From Eledone cirrhosa (Eukaryota), in NCBI GenBank assembly GCA_964016885.1, contig OZ024741.1, positions 125,054,001-125,118,000 of the forward strand: a DNA stretch of 64,000 nt, written 5' to 3'. Of this stretch, positions 13,603-27,490 are shown piece by piece. Positions within the stretch are counted from its first letter, which is position 1. Each line of letters begins with the position of its first letter. The position numbers were made by a program, and so were the translations under genes. Below the pieces are notes generated by a model. It saw only the letters and a program-made list of their open reading frames with translations. It had not been told where the DNA came from and did no database searches.

Positions 13603-13915
13603 AGGCGGTGAAATGGCAGAAACGTTAGAACGTCGAATAGTATTTTCATTTAATTCGTTACACCTCTTTGTGCTCTAAATTCTAATCTCACCGGGGTCAA
13701 CTTTGTTCTTCATCATTTCAAGTTCAAGAAATAAAGTATCAGTTTAATATTGAGGTAGATTCTTCCATATGTTTCTATCTTTTATCTCACTCTTTCTTCA
13801 TCTGGAATAAACGTGTTCATATTGGAGAGGGTTGGGCTCCACCATGTTTTAAATGGCCAAGAAATGTCACTACGACACCCCCTAAGACTCCATCAGGAGT
13901 TCATGCCCTTAGGGA
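13603..13915 (+). mobile_element. SINE family A, long-tail form (diverged)
   Basis: GGCGGTGAAATGGCAGAA head, diverged core and long tail. Confidence 0.65.
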
Positions 13916-14400
13916 CATATCGTTAATAAATGATAAAAATATGTATTATCACATTTGCAAGCCTATTTGTAACGCTATGCACAATTTTCAAGTTGCAAAC
14001 CATATTACATCAACTGAACAGAAACCTAAGCATTAAAACAAGAAGAAAGATATATATCCATTATATAAGTGATAAGTAGACAAATCGATCTATTGATTTC
14101 ATATAACAGAGAAGAGATCATATCAGGCGTTTTAATAGAGTAGTTCTGTGTTATAATGCATGTCATCTATGAAATTCAATGCAACAGCTTCATTAGTCAT
14201 TGCCGATAGCGAGTCTTTGTTTGAAGTAACTGGAAATGAACATCGTAATATATATAAAGTATATCAAATTTCGTTAGTGTAAACATTATGTCAAACATAA
14301 TTACAATGAAAATGCCTTTAAAAATGACAGACTTTTCCATCAAATTCTAAATATGAATTTTCCATATTGTATTGAAATTAACGGTTTATCTTGATTTTCC

Positions 14401-14477
<77 letters not shown>

Positions 14478-14479
<2 letters not shown>

Positions 14480-14776
14480 AGAAATAGGATTTCGCTTCAA
14501 GCATAGCTTTATACAATATGTATAGAAATTTCGTATCTCCAAAGAAATACGGTTTTAGGAAGCCGTAGCTATGCAAACACCGGGGGGATAGCGCCCTCTG
14601 GTGATGTCCAGCAGAAACAAGGGGGGCAACCGTCTATGCATTTCAGGCTTAACTGGCCTTCGTCAGAACGATCCCTCCCACCGCTTGCAACTGCTGGACT
14701 AGAAGACAGCCGAGAATATATAGTTTCCTCGTCTGTGTAAATGAAGTGATTAATCTCATTTTATATGAAGCTGCAT
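14478..14776 (-). mobile_element. Short HHR-bearing non-coding element abutting (TA)n
   Basis: Homologous to 21866-22210; contains an HHR. Confidence 0.75.
14628..14673 (-). ncRNA. Minimal type I hammerhead ribozyme
   Basis: Minus strand: gatcgtt-CTGACGA-aggc-cagttaa-gcct-GAAA-TGCA-TA-gacggtt; palindrome ATGCAT. Confidence 0.8.
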
Positions 14777-15024
14777 AAGTTGGCTCAACTTATAAAAGAA
14801 ATAGGAATTCGCTTTTTTTTTAATTCAAGCCTAGTCAGCTATCGCTCTGTATGCAAATGAGCTTCACCAGCTCATAAGGTGAATATACGAAGCGAAATGG
14901 ATTGAAACAATATTATTTGGTTATAGTAGTCCGTTATTGGTAGATGGCATTTGTTGGGTTGGTATTCGTGAATGATATATATATATATCATTCACGAATA
15001 CCAGATGGTTAAAAGAGTTTCATG

Positions 15025-15095
15025 TATTTTATTATGCGCATTTCAAAAACAAATATCATCATGCAATAACATTTGCGTTTTCGTCAGATAAAATA
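15025..15095 (-). ncRNA. Hammerhead ribozyme (left arm)
   Basis: Reverse complement of 16811-16881. Confidence 0.82.
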
Positions 15096-16810
15096 GGGAG
15101 ACATGATATGAAGGTTAAAACACACTTGTGAATAGTGCAGTTTTAAATCAATATATGGAAAGTAGTTTAAGATTGATATGTTATATTGGGAAAAATTGAG
15201 GGGTGGGGGTTGGAAAGGATGAAAAAGAGGAGGAGATGAGAGTAAAAAGTGGAGGGGGAGGAGTATAATGAGGAAGGAGGAGATAGGAGGAGAGATGGGT
15301 GATAGATAGAGAGAGATAGCTTTTATAACTGAGAAAAATATATTGTTTTACATAGAGAGGTTGAAAAACCGTTGGAAGATAATATATAAATTAAAAGAAT
15401 TTGAAAATTAACGAAGAGAAAAATTTTAGAATAATGTTAAATTAAGGTTTGTATATTTAAGGGTTTAATAATATGTGCGATGAAAAGAAATTGTTAATAT
15501 GTATTAAGAATAATATTTAAGGGTTTAATAATATGTGCGATGGAAAGAAATTGTTGATATGTATTATTAAAAAATATAAAAATATAACAATAGTAATGTA
15601 ATTAAGGATATATTGTGAAAGAAGTAGAAGAGTGGATGAATAAGTGTAACATGTATAAGTTAGATGAGCATGAAAGGGAGAAAACAATAATGAATTAAGG
15701 ATGAATAATCTAATGTCAAAAAAATGTTTATGTTTACGAAGGATTTTTTCAAGGTAATATGAAGTAAGAATATTATATTGTGCTGAGTAATAATGATAAT
15801 TGAGAAGTATCTAGGAAGAAAAGGTACAGATTAGAGGTTAGAAATTAAAAGAAAAAGAAAAAGTAAAAAATAGAAAATAAGAAAAGAAAAAAGGAAAAAA
15901 GAAAGAAAGGGAAGTGATAAATAGGAGTGATATAGAAGGGGTAACTAGTATTATATAATGTATAATAAATAACATTGAAATAAGGTAGAAAGATGGGTAT
16001 ATTTTTAAAGAAATATATGTATATATATGTGCTTTGAGAAAAGGATTTTAAATTGGTAAAGTATTAGATATTAGCTGTATACTTTATGGAATGTTCTGTG
16101 GAATTTATGCAAGCAGAGAGAAAACAAGTCAGTGCGTCTATTTATTATAGAATCTAAAAAATCCTTCGTAAACATAAACATTTTTTTGACGTTAGATTAT
16201 TCATCCTCAATTCATTATTTTTTTCTCCCTTTCATGCTCATCTAACTTATACATGTTACACTTATTCATCCACTCTTCTACTTCTTTCACAATATATCCT
16301 TAATTACATTACTATTGTTATATTTTTATATTTTTTAATAATACATATCAACAATTTCTTTCCATCGCACATATTATTAAACCTTTAAATATTATTCTTA
16401 ATACATATTAACAATTTCTTTTCATCGCACACATTATTAAACCCTTAAATATACAAACCTTAATTTAACATTATTCTAAAATTTTTCTCTTCGTTAATTT
16501 TCAAATTCTTTTAATTTATATATTATCTTCCAACGGTTTTTCAACCTCTCTATGTAAAACAATATATTTTTCTCAGTTTTAAAAGCTATCTCTCTGTCTC
16601 TATCACCCATCTCTCCTCCTATCTCCTCCTTCCTCATTATACTCCTCCCCCTCCACTTTTTACTCTCATCTCCTCCTCTTTTTCATCCTTTCCACCCCAC
16701 CCACCCTCAATTTTTCCCAATATCACATATCAATCTTAAACTATTTTTCATATGTTGATTTAAAACTGCACTATTCACAAGTGTGTATTAACCTTCATAT
16801 CATGTCTCCC

Positions 16811-16881
16811 TATTTTATCTGACGAAAACGCAAATGTTATTGCATGATGATATTTGTTTTTGAAATGCGCATAATAAAATA
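16811..16881 (+). ncRNA. Hammerhead ribozyme (right arm)
   Basis: tattttat-CTGACGA-[36-nt hairpin]-GAAA-TGCGCA-TA-ataaaata; 8-bp stem I, palindrome ATGCGCAT. Confidence 0.85.
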
Positions 16882-17002
16882 CATGGAACTCTTTTAACCA
16901 TCTTTTGATATTATATATTATTTATACTCCAGTTCTACAAACTGTAGAGTGCTACTTATCCGATATCTGCATTGCTTTATTGTACTACAATAAAACTCAC
17001 CT

Positions 17003-17049
<47 letters not shown>

Positions 17050-17074
17050 CTACTACTAATAATAATAATAATAA

Positions 17075-19415
17075 TTTTTTTTTTTTTTTTTATGTTCGTC
17101 TACAGCGTGATGGTTCGTGAATGTTGAAATGTCGAACATAAACAGTTCGAATAATGGTGAAAAGGTGACTGGAACGTCATGTAAAAGACTGTCCCTGGCC
17201 CAGCAGCAGGGACCTGGCTGTCATCCAAATACTGCTGGTGTTGGAGGAAGAAGAAGAAGGAAAGGGACAAGAACCAACTGGACGAAAGAATTGAATAGAA
17301 CTGCCATGAAATGTTACCTGAAGAGTAACCCCAAGGAAAAAGGAAACGGATGCATAACGAGATTGGTCTATTTAAATTAGATGAACAGAAATTGGCCGGG
17401 CAGACTCGGGTAATAAGAACTAATGGATGGATAAGCGAGTTGGAACTGGAGGAACTGAGCAGAGAGAATAAGTTGGAAATGGAGAGTGGAGTATGTCAGG
17501 CAAACGAGCCAGTGGGAAATGAAGGTGAAGAGGTTGAGAGACCTGAGGAAGCATCCGAAGCAGAAAATGATCTGAATATTGAAATAAATAACATCTGGAA
17601 ATGGCGGGCTAGGACAAGATTTGGTTGATATCCTAAACTTAGTGGGAGATGAAATGAACAATGATAGTCGAAAACCTATGAACCTAAGATTTTTAGATAG
17701 GAAAAAGTTAAAAGAAACAACAGCTAAGGTAAACAAAGTCATCCCATGCCTTGAGGCGAAGAACCTTCACCAATGCAACAATATCCTCAAAGCAACAGCA
17801 AATGCGCTGAGGAAATTACTTGGCATAAAAACGAGAGGAACCAAGAAAAGAAAGATCAGAACTTTGATGGAAGAAACGACTAAATGGTCAAATCAATGAA
17901 ATGAGAAAAGACATTGGAAATCTTGAGTTCTTACTGAATGGGACATTACAAAACATACACGAAGATAGATTGGAAATAAAGTACAAAACTAGGGGGGGAG
18001 GTCAATATTATCATAGAGGAACTGAAGCAACGCATTTTAGCAAAAAGTGCAAAAATTAGGCGATACGAGAGCAGAGTCAGTCAGTATAGACAGAACCACA
18101 TGTTTGACAACAACCAGAAGATGTTGTTTGGGCAGCTTGAAGGGAAAGAAAGAGGCAACGACTTGATCCCTGAGGCGGAACAGACTAAGACATTCTGGAG
18201 AGGAATATGGGAGCAGGATGTTGAACATAATAGTCAGGCAGTGTGGATTGAGACAGTACAAAAGGAAATTAGTGAACAAACACCCCAACAACATGATTTG
18301 ACTATCACAGTTGAAACTCTTAAGGGGCAGGCCAAAAAACTAACCAACTAGAAATCACCAGGCCCAGATGGTGTGCAGGGGTATTGGATTAAAAATATAA
18401 CATTCCTCCACCCGAAACTGACAACCATATTTAATGACTACTTGATGTCGGGTGAGGTACCAGAGTGGTTGACAAAAGGTACCACAGTTCTGGTAATGAA
18501 AGACCGAATCAAGGGTAATGATGTTACCAACTACAGGCCTATCACATGTCTGTCCGTAATGTGGAAACTGTTAACAAGTGTTGTGTCTGAGGAAATCTAC
18601 CATCACCTCCACATAAACAACTTGTTACCGGACGAATAGAAAGGATGCCGAAAGAAGTTCCGTGGAACAAAAGACCAGTTACTTATTGATAAGATGGTAA
18701 TGAGGAATTGCAAGAGGAGACACACTGCTAGGAAGCTATTGACTATCTACAGCATGTTCCACAAGAGGAGTGGTGTCGATAGACTCTACTTAAAGAGATC
18801 TGAAGGTGGAAGAGGTCTTATCAGCATAGAGGACTGTGTTCAGATGGACAAAAACAACCTGCACAAATACGTGACTCACAGTAGGGAGCCAACGCTCAAA
18901 ATTGTACTAAAGGAGAAGACAATAGACCAGGGGATGTCCAAGGAGGAAATAACAACTAGGATGAAGAGCAACCTTTGTGAAAAATCCCTTCATAGTACCT
19001 TCTTTAAGAAAACTGAATTTAGAGATCCACAGACATGGAACTGGTTAAAAAGAGAAGACCTTAAAAAGTCTACAGAAGGAATGCTAATGGCTGCGCAAGA
19101 GCAGGCCTTCAGAATCAAGTGGGTGAAACACCATATTTACAAGGAGGAGGCTAGCCCACTGTGCAGGATCTGTGGAGAGAGAGAGGAGACTGTGGCTCAT
19201 ATTGTATCCGAGTGTAAACACCTAGCCCAGACTCACTATAAAGGCTGGAGACATGATGTGATCGGCAGGGTGATCCACTGGCATCTATACAAAGTAAACA
19301 ATTTACCACATTCGGAGAAGTGGTATGAGCATAAGCCAGAGTCGGTGATAGAAAACAATCAGGTGAAGGTGCTGCGGGATTTTAGGATACAGAGGGATAA
19401 GAAACTGGAACACGA
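17075..19415 (+). mobile_element. R4/Dong-like non-LTR retrotransposon, internally deleted and 3'-truncated
   Basis: Fragments read KSPGPDGVQGYWIK, NYRPITCL, GTKDQLLIDK, RLYLKRSEGGRGL, CRICGEREETVAHIVSEC, RHD and KWYEHKPESVIEN; the RT core is deleted near 18722; (TAA)n lies at the 5' flank. Confidence 0.85.
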
Positions 19416-19743
19416 TAGTGTTATTTATTTATTCTTTCTGCACCTTCTGTTTAACATGTGCGACACCACACTAATACATTTCACTATCATTTGATAATGC
19501 ATATAAATGCTGAAACCGGTAATAGGCCATAATTAAATATATAAATAGATAAATAAATGCCAATGTTAAATAATAAATAAATCAACTAATACCTTAACAC
19601 TTCACACAAAGTAAAACAATTCGTTTTAATCATTTTCTAACCCAGAAAAAAGAGAGAGAGAAACAAAAAAGGAAAAAAAATATATATTTCTTCCTCATAA
19701 TCGTCTCTTTCTCCCTGTTTTCATATATATATATATATATACA

Positions 19744-19859
<116 letters not shown>

Positions 19860-20659
19860 TGTGTGTGTGTGTGTGTGTGTATATATCTATATATATACAT
19901 TTATTTGTTTTGCAAGGTTTTTGATATGAAATCGTGTGTCGAAACAAATATTGTTATACTTGGGGAGGACAATATTGTTATAACATTGACAGAAATAATA
20001 ACATAACACACTCACTGTGTTTATAGGTGTTTTGTGTGTGTAATCCTGAAAAAAATTTTGGTAGCGACTAAAAAAGATTAGTGAGCGCCTCTTCAGTCTG
20101 ATATATTTATAGACATATACTTAATGTATGTGTTGCTTCATGCCTCTGTTAGATAACAGCAAATAATTTATTGGGATAAAACATTGTTTATTATGAAAAG
20201 AGATATCTATAAGTTGGAAAGAATTATCTCATTTTATTTACAGAAATGATTGTGTGTTTAAGAATGTTGCTTTACAATCACGTGGAATAGGGTTCAGTGT
20301 CACTCGGCTACTCTGTCACTCGGTCGCAACATGGGTAAGTGAATTCTATTCTAGCTTCCACGTTGTGTAAAATTTGGTAGTCGGAAATATGTGTGTGAGA
20401 AATTTTATATGAATGTTTATGTCAGGAAATATATATACTAGGCATGAACAATACGTGCTGGAGTCGATATGATCGAGTAAATCAAAGTGGTGCCCCAGCT
20501 TGACCGCGTGCAAATCGAGGATCTCTCTGGACCCGGGGCCGCTACGGTGGTGGGTCCCGTCCCACGACTGACACTTTCCAATATGGTCGAACCGAGACCG
20601 TTCGTCGGCAACCAACACACACAAACACGTGGAGAAATGGAACTTATGCACGAGAGGAT

Positions 20660-20935
20660 TGCACATAGGCCTCGGCAACAGGCAACGCATACAGACACAT
20701 GGACAGTAGCTGCTGTGGGCGTTATATAGATTTCTGAATCATAAGCACAAGATCACTGCACTTAGGCCTCGATGACAGGCCACGCACACAGACTCGTACA
20801 CAGTAGCTGCTGTGGGCGTTATGTAGGTTCCTGAAAAGTAAGCACACAATCATTGTACTTAGATCTCGGTGACAGGCCACGCACACAGACGCATAGAGAG
20901 TAGCTGCTGTAGGCGTTGTGTAAGTTCCTGAAATG
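20660..20935. repeat. 97-bp minisatellite, ~3 copies
   Basis: AGTAGCTGCTGT(G/A)GGCGTT recurs at ~20705, ~20802 and ~20900. Confidence 0.85.
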
Positions 20936-21533
20936 CAGCTACAGCTAAGTGGCAGAAACTATTGAAAAAGTGAAATAGTAAGTCTGACGCCAAGTTATCT
21001 TATGTATGAGTTCTTACGCTTCAACAATAAGTATCAAAATATAGAACAGAGAACAAACAGCTGAAGTTAATATACATTTGAACCGATATATATTATATAT
21101 ATTTTTTGTTGTGTTTTAATTCAATGGTTACGCTCTTTGGACTGCGGCCATGATGAAGAAGAAACAAGTTTTATTTGATTATTTCATTTTTTTTGTGTTG
21201 TTTTTTTTTCAGTCAATGTTATCGACCCAACTAGACATTTTATCGACATCTGTTTTTTGAATGGCTGCAGTTTAACCTTTTGCAAGATTTACATTTTTAT
21301 TTTAGCATAAAAGAACAGAATTTGAAGCAAACATGTGCAGACACATATGTTTATATTTATATCCTTACACATTCAGACAAACAAAAACACATATATATAT
21401 GTGTGTTTGCGTGTGTAGGTGTGTGTGTGTATATATATGTGTGTGCGTGTGTCTGTATGTATATGTATGTATATGTAAATGCAATATAATTTTTGGTACA
21501 TATATATATATATAGATATAGATATAACACATA

Positions 21534-21703
21534 CCGTATTTCCTGGCGTCGAAGACGCTATTTTCTTCCTAAAATAAGTCTAAAAAATCTAACATCTGTC
21601 CTGGAGGCCGAAGGCTGTTTATTATTATTTTTTTCAAATTTTTGATTGTCAAAATTAGGGTGCGTCCTCGAAGACGAAGCGTCTTCGGGGCCTGGAAATA
21701 CAG
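21534..21703. mobile_element. Tc1/mariner-superfamily (Tc2-like) MITE
   Basis: TIRs CCGTATTTCCTGGCGTCGAAGACGC / GCGTCTTCGGGGCCTGGAAATACAG with TA on each side. Confidence 0.8.
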
Positions 21704-21745
21704 TATATATATATATATACACAGTTCAAGAGTAACCAAAACTAA

Positions 21746-22212
<467 letters not shown>

Positions 22213-22234
22213 ATATAAAGATATATATATAGAT

Positions 22235-23712
22235 ATTGTTACATTTGGGAACGGTGGTGTTGCCAGTATCTTCAATACATACGCACCATATATTCACTTT
22301 ATATTATTGCTCCTTGTTCATTCGTTCGTCTTAGCTCTTTCGTCACACATTCTGTGACCTCCTCTGTGACAATCTGTTCTCATTTGTCTCTCCCCTTTTT
22401 TCTTGTCTTAAACCTCTACTCCATCTTGTATTTTGCTTTGTGGTGTGGTTTTCGTGATTCGTGTTTGCGCATGTTTGCGTCTGCGTCCTCGCCTGCATGT
22501 GTGTGTCCTTGTGTTTGTCTCGTCTATGTGCGTTTTATGTGTGTGTGAGGATTTGTATATTTCGCCATTTGTGTCTTTTTTCTCCTATTCTATCTTCAAT
22601 CGTTAAGTTGCAGGTTATTCCTATTTCATTCGTGTTTTCTGTACAGACTAGATCCATTTTCTGTTATGTGTGTGGCCTCTGTAATTTGTCTGAGTATTGC
22701 AACAGTTCTATGTGTGGATAGGATCCTTATTTCTTTGTTATCTATTGAGCCCCAGTGTTCTTTTATTCTCTCTCCTATGCTATAGGATATCTCTCCTATG
22801 TATATCGCTGTCTTGTTTCTGCACCTTTACTCTGTACATTTTATCCTATAGACTATGTTTCTAATGTTGCAGTTTATCTGCGGGCTTACCCTACAGACTA
22901 TACAGTTTCTATCAGTTCAGAGCTTTTTCCTAAGAGATTTTCCTAAGGGTCCTGGTGGAGCTCCTGGTTTCTCTACTACTTTAATCCTTAGATTCATTTT
23001 GTCTAAATATCTTCTAAAACGATACGATATTTCGCCCCTAGGGGTAGCATCGACGAACATAACACTTTGATATGTTTTATTGTTATACCATGAATTGACC
23101 TTCCCTCTCATTCTTTGTTCTTTCTATGCTATTCGATAATTTTCGCCTGTATAGTGGGCAAATCTCATTCACAACATTCTCCATACTTTTACCATGGCTT
23201 CTTTGTACACCCGATTCCTGTCGATTTAGTTCTTATCAGAGAACTACATATGGTGGGTGAAGTTCAGTATGTGTCTCTGTACTTCTGTGGGATTTCATAT
23301 GCGGAACATATTTCTCATCATCCTTACCAGGTATGAAGATAGTGAACTTAACACTATCTGAGATAGCTGTGCTCCGGTGGATCAATTACTTAGTGGCCAT
23401 GGGTTTGGATTAATGTGATTGGAGGATTTTGACTTTATCCTTCTTAGATTCCATCCAGATTGTTGTGTCTAACACGGGTAGTCTACGGCGGTTGGGGTGC
23501 TTAGTGAAGTGGTCTACTGTTACTTTAATGCTCTGATCGGTGGGGGTAGTTATTTGCTGGATGCTCTCTATGGTGCAAGCTTCTAGTAGGTTCAATAATA
23601 AAATATTCTCCAAAGAAGAGGAGGGATGTGACCAATGTGTTCATGGCGTGGTGGAATAAAGGACTCAAGAAATGCTTAGTTGAGAACTCCATAGTCATAG
23701 CTATGTACTCTC
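22235..23712 (-). mobile_element. Penelope-like retroelement remnant with an inverted 5' RT piece
   Basis: RLPVLDT, YQSVMFVDATPRGE and RQITEA match the 10519 element; 23626-23712 on the + strand reads DVTNVFMAWW...AMYS; degraded HHR at 22328-22370; related 3' tail. Confidence 0.82.
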
Positions 23713-26110
23713 ACTTAGGCAGAGTCTCGCACAGACGCTGCATGTCAGCACCATAGGAGGACCCTCGCCGTCTGGAAGTTCAACAGCAATGCCCTTCCTC
23801 ACATCCCGCTTTACTTTCTAATGTGCGATTCGAGATGCCTCAAAGGCAACTTTCCCCTCATATACAGTCTTTCTCCATTTATTACGATCAGCAGCAACAT
23901 TTTCCCATGTATCAGTAGTAGATCATATCAGTAGTGCCGCGTCCAGCACGAAAGCCAGATTGACTTTCAGAAAGAACACAATCTGCAATGTGTGAAGCAC
24001 CCTACATAAAACTTTCCCTAGGACAGAAAGCAATGATATACCTCTGTAGTTCCCACAATCATTCCTGTTACCCTTTCCCTTGTACAAGACCACCATTACT
24101 GCATCCCTCCAGTCCTCAGGTACGGATTCATTAGCCCATATCCTGCCAAACAAAGAGTGAAGATGTTGCAGAAGTCTCTCACCACCATATTGTAGGAGCT
24201 CTGCGTGTATGCCATCCATACCTGGAGACATTCCACTGTTCAGCTTCGAGATAGCCACTGCAACCTCCACAAGCGTCGGAGGTACTGCGATAGCTACTTT
24301 CACAGGACTTTCTGGAATGAGATTGAGGAAATCTTCATTGACGACAGACGGCTGATTCAAAAGCTCATGAAAGTGCTCTCGCCACCTTCGTAGAATTCCT
24401 TGTGAGTCACGAAGAAGTTCTTTCGACGCAGTTTGTATCTCATCAGCCTTCTCACTCTACCACTGATCCTTCATCTGAGAAAGACTCCGCCTAACACGTG
24501 ATTTCACATCCTTGAGTTCCTTATGCAACATATTCTTCTCCTGTGGTTTTGCCGTCAAGTAGCGTGACAGAGCATGCCTCTTATCAGCCAACAAGTCTTC
24601 TATATGTTCATCATTCTCATTAAACCAGTCTTGATGTTTTCTCTGCACCAATCCCAGAACACGCCTGCCTACATCATAAACCAACTTTTTAAGGGTCGGC
24701 CAATCCTCACCAAGCTCTGCAACCTGCATTTCTTCTCGCAATGTCCTCTTCACACTTTTATCCCTAAGACGAGCAGCATTCAATCTTCTGAGCAGGGTAA
24801 CACCAGGAGCCCGGATTTTACGTTTAGTGATTAGTTTCAGCGTACGGACCCGTACCAAGCGGTGGTCCGTCCAGCACTCAGCTCCACGAAGAGCACAAAC
24901 ACACTGCACATCCCGTCTAATATCCCGTGTAACATCCTAGCAAGGACGTAGTCCAAAAGATGCCATTCCTTAGATGCAGGATACATCTATGTAATCTTAA
25001 ATTTGTTCTTTTGTTGGAACATAGTGTTGGTAACACAGAGATCCAGCCCCTCACACATCTGCAGCAGGAGCATACCATTGTTGTTACACTTTCCCACCCC
25101 ATGCCTTCAGATTACATTCCATGTGTTAAAATCCCTACCCACTCTAGCATTAAAGTTACCAAGCACGATGACTTTGTCTGCCTGGGGGATATTTCTTAAA
25201 ACACCTTTCAAGGCATGGTAAAAGGACACTTTTTCTTCATCGACAGAATTCATAGTTGGAGCATACACACTCACCAGGGTCGCATATATTCCTTTGTCCA
25301 ACGGAATTCTCATGGACATAAGACGCTCACTAATCCCTACGGAGAATTCTTCTAATTTATCCACAAGAACAGCCTAATCAGCAAATGCAACACCAGCCTC
25401 TATTCTGGTTCCTTCATCTCTTCCTTTCCAGAAGAATGTATATTCTCCACAAAATTCTGTAAGATGACCATCTCCAGCTAACCTCGTCTCAGATAAAGCT
25501 ACGATGTCAAGATCGTAACGTCGAAGCTCCTTTGCAACAAGAGCGGTCCTTCGTTCAGGACGTTCCAAGCAGCGTCCGTACGTTCCAGCAGCCAAGCTAA
25601 ATGCCTTGTTTGGCTCTATTACAGGGGCACAATGACGAGCGGGCCCAGGCTGTGATAACCTGGGGCCCCTGCCCTTATTGCCAATTATCTCTTTTGTTCC
25701 AGAACCCTTATTGCCAATTATCTCTTTTATATTGTTTTGGAACATCATTGAATTGGGGGGGAAAAAAAGTAATAATAACAGTAACAATAATAATAATAAT
25801 ACACTATTAATAATTATTAATTAATGCAATCGTGCAATGCCTGTGCGTGGAGAATATTTTTAAAGTGAGGAAAGACTGTGCACTAAGCCAATCTCTGAGC
25901 GACAGTAGCTATAACCAGAAAAGAAGAAAAGATCAGCATCATCGGTAACTACTGAGCCGCAGGTTTTATGTCGGAGTTAACCCAGTCTCCGAGATGCCTT
26001 CTCCTAGAAGAATGCCCTGACAAGGGCTAGGGGTTCTTCACTCCCAGTGGTTTAACTGCGCGATCGGGTATCCATCCAGACTATTTCTATTCCCTGAGCA
26101 TAAAAAAACT
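23713..26110 (-). mobile_element. RTE-clade LINE, degenerate and internally deleted
   Basis: APE domain motifs (ERRTALVAKELRRYDLDIVALSETR, VYAPT, GNFNARVG, TDHRLV) and RT start (SPGMDGI, NYRGISLL), fused at ~23920 to a 3' segment that matches 27010-27215. Confidence 0.88.
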
Positions 26111-26221
26111 CACTTATTGACACTCATACGTACGACATGCACACACGCACACACACACATACATACGCGCGCGCACACCAACGCTCATGCATACAAACAA
26201 ACACACACACGCTACTCACTT

Positions 26222-26297
<76 letters not shown>

Positions 26298-26462
26298 TAT
26301 ATATACATATATATATACATTACTGATACAAGATTATGTCAACTGTTGACTTTCGAAAGAGTTCGTATAGTTGAAGCCGTTCGTGTTACCGTTCAGTATT
26401 ATTATAATTGCTTTACAGCATAGAGCTATGGCCCTCATACATACATACATACATACATACAT

Positions 26463-26488
26463 GATGGCTTCCCCCTCGTTATCGAGGA
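26463..26488 (-). mobile_element. RTE-type 3' stem-loop end followed by (ATGT)n
   Basis: Minus strand CTCG-ATAA-CGAG...GCCATC-(ATGT)n resembles the end at 27491. Confidence 0.5.
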
Positions 26489-26544
26489 GAAAAAAAAATT
26501 AATAAATAAATAAAAAAGAAAATAAAAATAAAAAAAATAATTTA

Positions 26545-26589
<45 letters not shown>

Positions 26590-26601
26590 TACATTAATAA
26601 C

Positions 26602-26633
<32 letters not shown>

Positions 26634-26742
26634 CAATAATAATAACGACAACAACAATAATGATATACATATACATATATATATACACATACACGCACAC
26701 ACATAAGCATATCTATATACACGCACACACACACGATAGCAA

Positions 26743-27422
26743 CTAACAGCGATGCGACCGAATGTGGCTTTTTAGCCCAGCCAATGATCCAAAATGTCTT
26801 GCACAGAGTCGGCAACCAAAACATTCACTGGGAATAGTCGGCTGTGGTTGGAGTTCGTGTACTTTTGCATGTCGCTTGAGCCCTCCTGCTGATCTACATT
26901 CTCTACCACATGTTTGGCAAGCATGATGAATAGCATCTCCAACAGCAGCCTGGTAGTCAACCACTGGTCTTACTTTATGACTGCGAAGATGACTTTCGAG
27001 TCCAGCTTTGCTTAGGCAGAGTCTCGCACAGACGCTGCATGTCAGCACCATAGCAGGACCCTCGCCGTCTGGAAGTGCAACAGCAATGCCCTTCCTCACA
27101 TCCCGCTTTACTTTCTCGTATGTTATTCGAGATGCCTCAAAGGTAACTTTTCCCTCATATACAGTCTTTCTCCATTTATTACGATCAGCAGCAACATTTT
27201 CCCATGTATCAGCAGAGATGTTAGCGTCTTTCAGAGAGGCTTTCAAGGAATCCTTATACCTCTTTTTTGGTTTATGTGGCGGTCGTTTTCCTTTAACCAA
27301 CTCTCCATGAAAGAGTTGTTTTGGTATTCTAGAATCCTTCATCCTGGCAAGGTGACCACTCCAACGGAGTCGTTGCTTAAGCAGAAGAGCTTCTATACTG
27401 TCACACATAGAGCTTTCCAAAA
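26743..27422 (-). pseudogene. RTE LINE ORF C-terminus with three C2H2 zinc fingers
   Basis: RLRWSGHLARMKDSRIPKQLFHGEL followed by three CxxC-x12-HxxxH units. Confidence 0.85.
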
Positions 27423-27490
27423 ATACATACATACATACATACATACATACATACATACATACATACATACATACATACATACATACATAC

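Larger units (their letters stand above)
15003..17005. mobile_element. Large head-to-head inverted repeat (~745-bp arms), PLE-type insertion
   Basis: ~15003-15748 is the reverse complement of ~16156-16903; an HHR lies in each arm; the right tail ends in (TA)n. Confidence 0.85.

Noticed and set aside
14960-15003. Small palindrome around (TA)n
   Set aside because: Too short to assign; probably a junction of neighbouring fold-back insertions.
20660-20935. CRISPR-like array
   Set aside because: Whole units repeat with no unique spacers, no cas genes are present and the context is eukaryotic.
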